DNA of 10,019 nucleotides from Chthoniobacteraceae bacterium (GTDB lineage Bacteria > Verrucomicrobiota > Verrucomicrobiia > Chthoniobacterales > Chthoniobacteraceae). The position numbers and the translations under genes are program-made. The DNA lies in contig JANNXQ010000217.1 of NCBI GenBank assembly GCA_031409655.1, positions 1 through 10,019 on the forward strand. Reading direction: 5' to 3'. The notes under the pieces were generated by a model. The model was not told the DNA's origin. It saw nothing but the letters and a program-made list of their open reading frames with translations, and made no database searches. This document shows positions 1 to 8,219 of the stretch, piece by piece (the stretch's first letter is position 1; each line of letters opens with the position of its first letter).

Positions 1-37
1 GGATCCAAACCTGATCGCCTGGCTGGAAGCGCTCTGA
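1..37 (+). CDS. C-terminal end (partial) of a probable tyrosine recombinase, likely the last recombinase of a RIT element
   Basis: Frame 2 from nt 2 reads D-P-N-L-I-A-W-L-E-A-L-stop (TGA 35-37). This resembles the 'D..L.A(W/F)LE.L*' tail I recall for the last recombinase of RIT elements, and RIT-like end repeats follow. Only 11 codons are visible, so the call depends on context. Confidence 0.5.
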   Translation, partial: DPNLIAWLEAL

Positions 38-113
38 GACGCGGAATCGGCCCGTCAATAATGTGAACTCCAACCCCCGCCCCAAGCCCGCCAGCACAAG
101 CTCCCGCCGCCCA

Positions 114-141
114 ACTCCACATTATTGAGCACTCCACATTA
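114..141. repeat. Direct repeat ACTCCACATTA x2 with 17-bp period (putative recombinase binding sites)
   Basis: Exact 11-mer at 114-124 and 131-141. In addition, TCAATAATGTG (55-65) is the exact reverse complement of CACATTATTGA (118-128). Confidence 0.85.
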
Positions 142-167
142 GTCGATTTATGTGGAGCTCCAGATAA
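132..167. repeat. Inverted 10-bp arms with 6-bp spacer (att-core geometry) overlapping a 20-bp near-perfect palindrome
   Basis: CTCCACATTA (132-141) - GTCGAT (142-147) - TTATGTGGAG (148-157), arms 9/10 complementary. TTATGTGGAGCTCCAGATAA (148-167) is self-complementary except for one mismatched pair. Confidence 0.8.
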
Positions 168-656
168 CTGGACGAGTTCCACAATTTCACCACCGATGCT
201 TTCGCCGCCATCCTATCCGAAGCACGCAAATATCACCTGTGCCTAGCGCTCTCGCACCAATACATCGAGCAGGTCCCGCCGACTGTGCGCGGCGCGGTCT
301 TTGGGAATGTCGGCTCGCTCGTGTCCTTCCGCATCGGCCACTCCGACGCCGAGGAGTTGCACAAGGAGTTCGGGAACACCTACCCGCTGGAAACCTTCAC
401 CGGCCTCGACCGCTACGAAGTCATCGCGCGTCTCGCCGAGAACGGCAGAACGCGCGAGCCCTTCCGCGCAAGAACGCTCCCACCCATCGAGCACCAAGTC
501 GGCCGGCGCGAAAAACTCATCGCCCGCTCGCGCGAAAAATACGCTGCTCCCCGCGCCGAGGTGGAGGAGAAGATCAATCGCTGGCTCGCCGGACGGGAAG
601 ATCCACGCCCGCGTGTGCGCAAAGGCCGCATTCCGTTTCTCCCGGTGAAGCTGTGA
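168..656 (+). pseudogene. 3' fragment of a type IV coupling protein (VirD4/TraG/TraD-like ATPase), truncated at Walker B
   Basis: Frame 3 from 168 reads LDEFHNFTTDAFAAILSEARKYHLCLALSHQYIEQVPPTVRGAVFGNVGSLVSFRIGHSDAEEL... to TGA 654-656. It has the Walker B 'DEF', 'EARKY', 'HQ..Q' and 'GNVG....FR.G..DA' motifs of the T4CP C-terminal domain. An in-frame TAA lies immediately upstream and there is no Walker A. ORF-track entry 285..656 is a sub-fragment of this. Confidence 0.85.
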
Positions 657-686
657 ACAACTCCTGGCCTTTCACTCGTCACCGCG

Positions 687-695
687 TGGTAAAAT
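687..695 (+). promoter_or_regulatory. Putative extended -10 promoter (TG-G-TAAAAT), possibly giving a leaderless relaxase transcript
   Basis: TGGTAAAAT matches TGnTATAAT with one mismatch in a GC-rich background. It ends 6 nt before ATG 702, and there is no clear Shine-Dalgarno sequence. Confidence 0.45.
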
Positions 696-701
696 GCGGG
701 G

Positions 702-1613
702 ATGACGTTCCCCCGCCATCCGCGCTTTCGGCGCGCAGACAAATTTGCTCCGATGGAAATGACCGAGCGCGATACGGAGATTCTTCGCATGGTGAGTCGG
801 CACCGTTTTTTGCGTTCGCATCAGATCGCTGACCTCGTGGGCGGCAGCCGTCAGCAGGTGCTCCGCCGCCTGCAAAGGCTCTACCACCACGGCTATCTGG
901 AGCGCCCCGCCTGTCAGATCGACTACTACCAGAGCCCCGGTTCACGAAGCATCGCCTACGGACTCGCCAGCCGCGGAGCCGCGCACCTTCGCCGCGTGGA
1001 CGACACGCCTTTCTCCCGGCTGGATTGGACTTCGCGCAACCGCTCCGTCAAGCGCCTCTTCCTGCAACACGCGCTCATGGTTTCCGACATCATGGTGGCG
1101 CTGGAAATCGCGTGCCGGCAGCGCGGTGACGTGCGCCTGCTCATTGAGCACGAAATCCCACTCCCCGCCGCGACAAGCAATCAGCGTGCGCCCTTTCAAT
1201 GGACGGTGACGGGTTCGGGAAAGGAAAAGCTCGGCGTCATTCCTGACCGTGTCTTCGCCCTGGAGTTTGGCAGCAAAGGCGAGCGCATCCTCTGTTTCCT
1301 GGAGGCCGATCGCGGCACGATGCCAGTGGAGCGAGCGAAGCACGACGCGAGTTCTATCGCGCGCAAACTCCACGCCTACGCCCTGACCTGGAAGGCCGGC
1401 ATCCACCGCTCCCGCTTCGGCATCTCACGCGTTCGCGTGCTCACCGTCACGTCGAGCGAAGGCAGATGCGGAAACATCTGCAGCGCCGCCTCCACGGTCT
1501 CCGGCGGGCATGGCATCTTTTTGCAAACCGCCACGTCCTGTTTCTCCCCCAATAACTGCCTCGGCCCCGTGTGGCGAAGCGCAGCAAATAAACTCGTGAG
1601 CCTTTTGAACTAA
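702..1613 (+). CDS. Replication-relaxation (Replic_Relax, PF13814-like) family protein, putative non-HUH relaxase
   Basis: 303 aa. N-terminal wHTH-like 'TERDTEILRMVSRHRFLRSHQI...RRLQRLYHHGYL', then 'Y.L...G', 'HALMVSDI', 'PDRVF', 'FLEADRGT', 'KLHAY' and 'RVLTVT', the motif series of this family. Lies next to a T4CP gene. Confidence 0.85.
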   Translation: MTFPRHPRFRRADKFAPMEMTERDTEILRMVSRHRFLRSHQIADLVGGSRQQVLRRLQRLYHHGYLERPACQIDYYQSPGSRSIAYGLASRGAAHLRRVDDTPFSRLDWTSRNRSVKRLFLQHALMVSDIMVALEIACRQRGDVRLLIEHEIPLPAATSNQRAPFQWTVTGSGKEKLGVIPDRVFALEFGSKGERILCFLEADRGTMPVERAKHDASSIARKLHAYALTWKAGIHRSRFGISRVRVLTVTSSEGRCGNICSAASTVSGGHGIFLQTATSCFSPNNCLGPVWRSAANKLVSLLN

Positions 1614-1727
1614 GCGGTCCGCTATCGTTAGAAACTTCGCTTGGTCGGCACCCACCGAGATCGATGCGAGATCCCGGTGTTTGCGCCTTGGAAGTCGCCC
1701 TCGCTTCCGGTAGGCAGTGGGCCGTGA

Positions 1728-3170
1728 ATGAAGACGATCGTTCCATTTGAGACTTGGCAGGTTGCCCTACCGCGCCGTGTGGCGACTTTGGCTCGTATCG
1801 AGCCGCTGCATCGCTTTGAGAGCGGAAAGGCGGCTCGCAATCTCGATCTCGGAAAACATGACCTTCGGACGCTGTCGCTCATGGTCTTCGATGCGGTCAT
1901 TGAACGCATGGGGCTTGCGGCTGGGGCGTCCCAGGACGAAATCTTCGGCGCGCTCAAGCCGCTCATTGTTGCGGGTGAACCGAAGGCAACCGGTCTGCGT
2001 GTGATCGAAGTCGCGACGGCGGTGCTCGACTTCCTGATGAACGAAGACGAACGCCGCCGTGCCTTTCGCGAGGAAATGCGCGTGGTGGAAAATGACGCGC
2101 AAGTCACCCGTGAGGTATATTTTCACTATCTCCAGCAGGTGCTCGGGCCGAATGACGAGCCGCTGTATCGCGCGACCGTGGAGGGCATCAATCTCTACAC
2201 GGGCACGCTCGGACTCGATGTCGAAGACGCGCACGCCGCAAATGCCGCTGTCCTGAAATATCAAATCGGGCGTGGGCGCTTTCGCGAAGCCGTCGCCACC
2301 GCGCGGCAAGCGGTGGCCATCAGCACGGCTTACGAACAGAAGGTGAAGCGCGCGCTGGACATTGCCCGTCGTGATGTGACGCAGGTAAATTGGGCAGAAG
2401 AGATTCTGGCTACGCTGACGGAAGCGCGCGAGCATCTGCGCACTCGGATCGATGCGGACAATGAAATCCTGCGCGCGGTCGAGGAACACGAGGACGATGC
2501 CGAGCTTCACGAACGTGGTCACGTAGCCGAGCTCGTCGGCCACATCCGCGCGTGCCAGTCACGCCATTCATCGCTGCATGTGCTCGTCATCGACGCGAAT
2601 GAATCGTGGCTGGGCGAGCATACCAGGCAGGCGTTCCGGCCGCGCGCGCTCGGGGTGCTGCCGGACCTTGAATCCTCCGTGCTTCGCTCATCTCTGCTGA
2701 TCGCCGAATCGCGGTTAGACGACGTGACAACCTGGCAGCTTACCGCTGCTTTCTTGCCTCCATGGCCGCCCGCCATCGCCGACGGACGACGCTTGATGGA
2801 ACTCCTGCTCGCACCGGTCCGAGAACATGAGGGCGGCGCCACCGATTTGTCGGAGCCGGAGGCCGAGGAGATGACTCAGGCACCGGATCGTTTCGCTGAG
2901 CAGGATTATCGCGACGCAGACAGGTTGCTGGAGTCGGCTCCAGTTTCCGGCACGCTTGTCTCCGAGCTGATCGAGCGCGCCCAGACATCGGGTCGCTCCG
3001 AGACGGTGCAAACGCTCGTCTATCTTCTTGCTCTGCGCGACTACGGCGAGGCGGAGGAGAATGTGGAATATGACGTCGAGGCCGCCGACCGATGCTTTAT
3101 CGCCGAGCCATTCTGGGGTGATGACTTGATCATCCGACCGCCAAGCAAACCCGTGGAGGAACCTGCATGA
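1728..3170 (+). CDS. Wadjet JetA/MksF-like (kleisin-position) subunit, assigned by position and size
   Basis: 480 aa, largely helical-looking, first gene of the coupled operon (ATGA overlap with the next gene at 3167-3170). TGA at 1725-1727 fixes the 5' limit. No diagnostic motif was recognised; the role is inferred from operon architecture. Confidence 0.6.
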   Translation: MKTIVPFETWQVALPRRVATLARIEPLHRFESGKAARNLDLGKHDLRTLSLMVFDAVIERMGLAAGASQDEIFGALKPLIVAGEPKATGLRVIEVATAVLDFLMNEDERRRAFREEMRVVENDAQVTREVYFHYLQQVLGPNDEPLYRATVEGINLYTGTLGLDVEDAHAANAAVLKYQIGRGRFREAVATARQAVAISTAYEQKVKRALDIARRDVTQVNWAEEILATLTEAREHLRTRIDADNEILRAVEEHEDDAELHERGHVAELVGHIRACQSRHSSLHVLVIDANESWLGEHTRQAFRPRALGVLPDLESSVLRSSLLIAESRLDDVTTWQLTAAFLPPWPPAIADGRRLMELLLAPVREHEGGATDLSEPEAEEMTQAPDRFAEQDYRDADRLLESAPVSGTLVSELIERAQTSGRSETVQTLVYLLALRDYGEAEENVEYDVEAADRCFIAEPFWGDDLIIRPPSKPVEEPA

Positions 3171-3901
3171 GCGGAGCAGCCGGCGACGTAGCCGAAAAAT
3201 GCGGCCGCCTCATTCGGTTCGCTCTTTTGCCGCGCCTGATTCCTGCCGATGACGTGGAGTATTTGGAACTGGTTCGGGAATTCCTTTCCAACGCAGCATT
3301 TCAAGAAGTTGCGCATGCCTTCGCGCTCGGGCTCGGCCTCCGCGTCCTCAGCGTGAGCACGCAGTCAGGACTGGTCCTCGGCACGACAGCCGAAAGTCCA
3401 TTTCAGCTTCATCGGGAAGACTACCATTCGCGTATGTCGGCCTCGGATCGCATCGTGCAAGGTCTCATTCACCTGGCCATCGGTGCCTGGTGCTTTCCGC
3501 GCGCGGAAGATTTGCGCGAGGCCGACGACGTGCTGCCGGCCCGAATGACGGTGGAGCAGCTCGTCGAGTATCTGCACACCTTGTGCGAGGAACTTAAAGC
3601 TCGCGAGGAACGCAATGTCGCAGTGCCCAGTGCCGAAGTTCGGATGGCCTGGCAGCACATCCTCGCGCTTGGAAAATACGCCGACAGCACCGACGGGCGC
3701 GGTTCCTTTGCGACGCTTGCTGGAAAAGTCCGCTACGCATTGAATTTCCTCGCCGACCACGGCTTTCTCAGACGCGAAGGCGGTGATGTGCGTCCCGCCT
3801 GGCTCGCACGACCGGCGTTCCGCATTCATGTGCGCGAACTCGCTGGTCACGAGGCTTTTTCGATTGTGACGCGCGCTGCGCAGGAGGCTGCACATGGCTA
3901 G
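3167..3901 (+). CDS. Wadjet JetB/MksE-like (KITE-position, tandem winged-helix) subunit, assigned by position and size
   Basis: 244 aa with GGAGG SD upstream. The C-terminal 'ALNFLADHGFLRREGG...W..RPAF' looks like a wHTH recognition helix plus wing. Overlaps both neighbours (4 bp and 8 bp). Confidence 0.62.
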   Translation: MSGAAGDVAEKCGRLIRFALLPRLIPADDVEYLELVREFLSNAAFQEVAHAFALGLGLRVLSVSTQSGLVLGTTAESPFQLHREDYHSRMSASDRIVQGLIHLAIGAWCFPRAEDLREADDVLPARMTVEQLVEYLHTLCEELKAREERNVAVPSAEVRMAWQHILALGKYADSTDGRGSFATLAGKVRYALNFLADHGFLRREGGDVRPAWLARPAFRIHVRELAGHEAFSIVTRAAQEAAHG

Positions 3902-6900
3902 ATTGCTCCGCCTTCATCTGTCGTGCGTTGGACACAAAGACGCGCGATTCTTTCCGCTCACCCTCGACTTTCGGAATCGGGGCGGTGCGCCGACGGATTG
4001 CGTCGTTTGGCTCATGAACGGCGGCGGCAAATCGTCGCTGATGAACCTGTTCTACTCCACGTTCCTGCCCGAGAGCCGGAAGTTCCTCGGAACGAAAGCA
4101 GAGCATCGTGAGCGGAAGTTGACTGATTACATCAAGGCGAACGACCTCGCTGTCGTCATATCGGAGTGGCAGATGCCGGCTGGGGCTAACTTGTTTTCAC
4201 CGACCCGGATTGTTGGCCAGGTGCTAACTTGGAAGGGCGGCATCGCGACACCGGACGAGGAAACACGCCTCGACCGGGAATTCTTTACCTTCCGCGGCAG
4301 CGAACTCGTGCCGTTTGAGTCGCTGCCATTTCACGGTCTGAATCCGCAGCCGCGGACCACGCTCACCAAAGTCAAAGAGTGGCTCGCCGAGCTAGCAGCG
4401 GAGTATCCTCAATTGGAAGTCGAGCGCGGTGACCAAAGCAGCAAAGGCAAGTGGCGGGATACCCTGGATCGCGTGGGAATCGACACGGAGCTGTTTAACT
4501 ACCACCTGAAAATGAATGTCCGCGAGGGTGGTGCTGCGGAGCTATTCAAGGTGAAGGACACGATGCAATTCGTGGACTTATTCCTTGAGATGGCGCTCAA
4601 CCCCGAGCACGCCGACAAGACGAAGGAGCAGATTGAGGCAGTGCGCGAGAAGCTGTTGCGGCTGCCGCAAAAGGAACGCGAGGAGCGCTTCACGCTAAGT
4701 CTGCTGGGCGAACTTCGGCCACTCGCCCATGAAGCCGCTGCCGCTGGCGCCGCTGAAAACGCCTGGCGTGAACAGCGGCGCGCGAACTTCTTGCTCCGGT
4801 CGGCAATCGAAAATTCGATCAGTGCCACGCAGACCCGCCTTATCGCCACAGCGGGCGACTTAATCACTCTCCGCCAAGATCGCGCCGACGTGCTGACTGA
4901 GAAAAAGAGGCGTCAGGAATACCGGCTCAATTACGACAACCTCGCGCGCGAACTGACCTTCCGCGAAGCCCAACAGGCCGTGGAAGCGGCGAGGAGCGCG
5001 CTGGATGCTGCGGTGTTGGCGAAGAATCTGGCTTCCGCCGGCGTGCGCTTTGCGCGCATTTCTTCGCGTCAGCGGCAACTGGAGGAACTCGTGAAGGCTC
5101 GCGAAGCCGAGTTGATCGAGCAAAAGCCAGTGCTCGATGAGCTGCATGCGCTCGGCGCGGCCTATGAAGCGGCGCTTGGCATTGACCTTGATCGCATTGC
5201 TGCGCTTTCGATAGCCGCCGAGTCCGCGCTGTTGAAGGAAAAGACCGATCATGCCGTCGCAGTGGACCAGCTTACCGAACTACGCGGTCAGCACACGCGG
5301 ACCAATGCCGAGCTTGAGAACGTCAAACGTCGCCTGGTTCAGCGGGATCAGCGCAGGGCTGCCCTGCGCGGAGAGGGCAACTTGCACGCGGACGAGAAGG
5401 CGGCCGAAGCGCTGGTTCGTTGGAGCGAAGAGCAGGAGCGAGTTGAAACAGCCATTGCCATCGCCGAGGCTCGCGTCGAGGAAATCGACAGCGAATTGCA
5501 GACGAGCGGCGAGGAGATCAGCGGGCTGGCCTCGCAGCGCCGAAACGTCGATCAGGACGCATCAATCAAGGATACCGCCTGGAAGCGGGGCGATGCAGAT
5601 GCGCGCGCTCTTCGCGGCCGTCCGCCAATCCGCGAAGTGTTGGCGACAGACTCTCCCGACCTTGATTTTCCGGACCTCGCGTCGCTGCTGCACGAACGGC
5701 AGCGGCAGCTTGAGGATGACTTCATCCAAGGTCGTCTCGATCGCGTGGACGATGAACGCACGCTGCACAGCTTCGACGTGGAGCGTCTTTTTCCGCCGAC
5801 GCGTGAAGTCGAGCTGGTGCTCGCCCATCTGCGCGACCGTGGATTGAAAACCGCGCTGCCCGCGTATCGCTTTCTCGCCACCAACGCGACCGTGAATGGG
5901 ACTGCGCGCCGCTGGCTTGCGAATGAGCCTGCACGCTTCTCGGGCATTGTCGTTACGAGCGAGGAGGAATTTGCGAATCTAAAAGCCGGCACATTTGTCG
6001 TCCCGGGACTGCGCCATCCGGTGCAGGTCACACTCTCCGCCAACCCAGACGAAACCGCCTTGTTGACCGAATCGACGGTGGCGCTTCCGCCCAGCGATGG
6101 CGCGTTCAACTACGAGGCCGCCGCCGAAGGACAGCGCGAGGTTGAAAGCCGACTCGAGAAAGCAAACGAACGGCTCACTGGGATTGCTGCTCGAAAACAA
6201 GAAACTGCTGACGTTGTCCGGGAGCTATCGGCATGGCGCGCCGAGTTTGGCGGCGGCGGGTTGGAGAGATTGAAGACGGAGCGTGATCAACTCCAAGAGG
6301 AACTCGGTCGGCTGGATGAGCAGCTTGCAGCAATGCGGGCATCGGAATCGGCGCTTCGCGTGGAGCGAAGCACCAAGGCAGGGGAGGTGAAGCGGCTTCG
6401 CCCGGATGTCGCCACACTTACAAAACGGCAGGAGCGCCTGCGCGGTTACATCGAAGAATACGAGCAACACGAAGAAGACTGGCTGGAAGAGCGCCGCGAT
6501 AAGATCGCACTCGTTGAGCAGTTCGGCGGGCAGATCGCCGCCCAAGATCGCGAAGTTGGACGGCTGGGAGGAGAAGTCGATGCCCGTAAAGAGAGGGTGC
6601 GAGTTTTGCAAGCTGAGCAACAGGAACGCCTCGGACGACAAGAGGCCATCCGCTTCCGCAACGCGCCGGCGCCTGCAGAGGTCGCTAGCCTTGAGGCAGC
6701 CGAAACGCGGTATCGGAATGCGGTGGATCGTTACGAGGACCGATTTGGCCGGAGCGAACTCGATGGACAAATCAAGCAGGCAGAATCGCATCTCGCCGAA
6801 CTGCGGGAAGAGCATCGCAATCTGTCGCGCGGCCTCTCCGCCGACGACATTGCGCTGGCAGCAAAAAATCCGGATTTTACGGGACAACAGCAGGAAGCGG

Positions 6901-8219
6901 AACGTCAGCATCTAAAGGCTCACACCGTTCACGAAACCGCAGTCGCCCACCTCGCGACAGCCGAGCTTGACCGACCCGATGCCCCAGCCCATAAGCAGGG
7001 CCTCGGTCTGCCGCCCGGCGAGCCGCGACCGACGACGGCGGCCGAATCCAAATCGCGTCGGGATTTCCTCGATGTGGCGATTGAGGACGACACAAGGCGG
7101 ATCACGGAATTCGATGTGCAAATCACGTCAAAAGAAGACGAAGAGAAAACTCTCAAAGCGAGGATCGGCGCGCGCACGCCGCACCTGACAACGCTGGAAG
7201 ACCTGACCGACACGGCCAGCGGCGCAACGCCTTCACTGCCGGCGGACGATGAAATCGTTACGCGCCTCGTTTCCGACGCGAAGCGGCAGACCCAAGTTCT
7301 TGCTCGGGGGCACGAAACCGCGCGGGGCGTCGTGGACGAGCGCATCGACAAGCTGCACGCGGTCACCCGCCATGAAGACTTCGCCGCGATCCCTGTAATC
7401 GCGCGGGAGAGGCTCGCCAACTTGCCGCGCGAGGAACTGATTCAGCGATGCGGCGAGTTCATCCAAAGCCACGAGGCCTGGCAGAAGGTGCTCCGCAACG
7501 AAATCGAGACGCTCAGCAAAGACAAAGATCTCGTCGTCCGCGCTCTCGACGGTGTCGCGGCCTCCGCCGTGCGCTTACTGGGCAAAGCGGAGCGCGCCAG
7601 CATCATGCCGGATGCGTTCCCCGGATGGACCGGACAGCCGTTCCTACGGATAACTGCGCAGCCGATCACAGAGCCAGCCGCGCGCCGTGATCGACTCGCC
7701 GAACTGGTTTCGCGGCTCGTCGATGAAAAGGCGATCCCCACGGGACACGAACTCGCTTCGCGAGCACTTCGAGAGGTCGGCGGTCCGATCCGCGCGACAT
7801 TGCTTAAACCCGAAGATCCGCTCCGGCCTGATCGCCACGACATCACCGAGTTCGGGAGTTTTTCCGGCGGCGAGAAAATGACCGCCGCGATTCTCCTATA
7901 CGTCACGCTCGCGCAACTGCGGATGCGCGGGCGTGACGAGCACACGCGGGAGCGCGAGGCCGGTGTGTTGCTGCTCGACAATCCATTCGGCACTGCGTCG
8001 AAACGGGAATTCGTAGAGCTCCAGCTTCGGGTCGCCCGTCAAATGGGAGTCCAGCTTATCTACACAACCGGCGTGAATGATCTCGGTGCCTTGGATGTGC
8101 TGCCGCGTATTCTGCGTCTCCGTAAACGACACCGCGACCGCCGTTCTGGCGACCTGCTGCTCTCCCAAGAGCCACCGGAAGAGCATGTGGAAGGCGTCCA
8201 GGCGAACCTGCGGACATGA
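3894..8219 (+). CDS. jetC: SMC/MukB-like coiled-coil ABC ATPase (Wadjet JetC/MksB-like)
   Basis: 1441 aa with AGGAGG SD. N-terminal Walker A-like 'LMNGGGKSS' (NGGGKS 4017-4034), two long E/R/A/L-rich coiled-coil arms around a globular hinge-like segment (~5780-6120), ABC signature 'FSGGE' (7860-7874) and Walker B-like 'VLLLDNPFG' (7965-7991). Confidence 0.82.
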   Translation: MARLLRLHLSCVGHKDARFFPLTLDFRNRGGAPTDCVVWLMNGGGKSSLMNLFYSTFLPESRKFLGTKAEHRERKLTDYIKANDLAVVISEWQMPAGANLFSPTRIVGQVLTWKGGIATPDEETRLDREFFTFRGSELVPFESLPFHGLNPQPRTTLTKVKEWLAELAAEYPQLEVERGDQSSKGKWRDTLDRVGIDTELFNYHLKMNVREGGAAELFKVKDTMQFVDLFLEMALNPEHADKTKEQIEAVREKLLRLPQKEREERFTLSLLGELRPLAHEAAAAGAAENAWREQRRANFLLRSAIENSISATQTRLIATAGDLITLRQDRADVLTEKKRRQEYRLNYDNLARELTFREAQQAVEAARSALDAAVLAKNLASAGVRFARISSRQRQLEELVKAREAELIEQKPVLDELHALGAAYEAALGIDLDRIAALSIAAESALLKEKTDHAVAVDQLTELRGQHTRTNAELENVKRRLVQRDQRRAALRGEGNLHADEKAAEALVRWSEEQERVETAIAIAEARVEEIDSELQTSGEEISGLASQRRNVDQDASIKDTAWKRGDADARALRGRPPIREVLATDSPDLDFPDLASLLHERQRQLEDDFIQGRLDRVDDERTLHSFDVERLFPPTREVELVLAHLRDRGLKTALPAYRFLATNATVNGTARRWLANEPARFSGIVVTSEEEFANLKAGTFVVPGLRHPVQVTLSANPDETALLTESTVALPPSDGAFNYEAAAEGQREVESRLEKANERLTGIAARKQETADVVRELSAWRAEFGGGGLERLKTERDQLQEELGRLDEQLAAMRASESALRVERSTKAGEVKRLRPDVATLTKRQERLRGYIEEYEQHEEDWLEERRDKIALVEQFGGQIAAQDREVGRLGGEVDARKERVRVLQAEQQERLGRQEAIRFRNAPAPAEVASLEAAETRYRNAVDRYEDRFGRSELDGQIKQAESHLAELREEHRNLSRGLSADDIALAAKNPDFTGQQQEAERQHLKAHTVHETAVAHLATAELDRPDAPAHKQGLGLPPGEPRPTTAAESKSRRDFLDVAIEDDTRRITEFDVQITSKEDEEKTLKARIGARTPHLTTLEDLTDTASGATPSLPADDEIVTRLVSDAKRQTQVLARGHETARGVVDERIDKLHAVTRHEDFAAIPVIARERLANLPREELIQRCGEFIQSHEAWQKVLRNEIETLSKDKDLVVRALDGVAASAVRLLGKAERASIMPDAFPGWTGQPFLRITAQPITEPAARRDRLAELVSRLVDEKAIPTGHELASRALREVGGPIRATLLKPEDPLRPDRHDITEFGSFSGGEKMTAAILLYVTLAQLRMRGRDEHTREREAGVLLLDNPFGTASKREFVELQLRVARQMGVQLIYTTGVNDLGALDVLPRILRLRKRHRDRRSGDLLLSQEPPEEHVEGVQANLRT

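Larger units (their letters stand above)
1..167. mobile_element. Right end of a putative RIT-like tyrosine-recombinase element inserted into the coupling-protein gene
   Basis: A recombinase-like C-terminus is followed by repeated T(A/T)ATGTG-type motifs (55-65, 114-124, 131-141, 148-167). At 168 the sequence switches abruptly into the middle of a VirD4-like frame, with in-frame TAA at 165-167. Confidence 0.6.

Noticed and set aside
148..157. Palindrome arm TAT-GTG-GAG as the native Y-V-(D/E) codons of the T4CP Walker B
   Set aside because: It is out of frame with the T4CP fragment and separated from the real GAC-GAG by 13 nt; the resemblance cannot be tested without the uninterrupted allele.
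114..167. Mini CRISPR array, intrinsic terminator or DDE IS terminal repeat
   Set aside because: Repeats are only 10-11 bp with no spacer structure, there is no U-tract, and the mixed direct/inverted layout fits tyrosine-recombinase sites better than a single IS IR.
152..832. 226-aa + strand ORF in the track (also 301..648)
   Set aside because: Arg/Pro-rich shadow frame overlapping the motif-bearing T4CP frame and the relaxase start; no recognisable motifs.
1605..1634. Possible sigma70 promoter for the operon (TTGAAC ... TAGAAA) with AGCGG-T-CCGCT palindrome in the spacer
   Set aside because: The -10 lacks the conserved final T, the spacer is 18 bp and the palindrome arms are only 5 bp; too weak to report.
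3894..8219. Housekeeping Smc-ScpAB/MukBEF or SbcC/RecN repair ATPase
   Set aside because: No SbcD phosphoesterase partner or CxxC zinc hook was seen; a coupled Toprim nuclease and the mobile-element context favour a Wadjet-like system.
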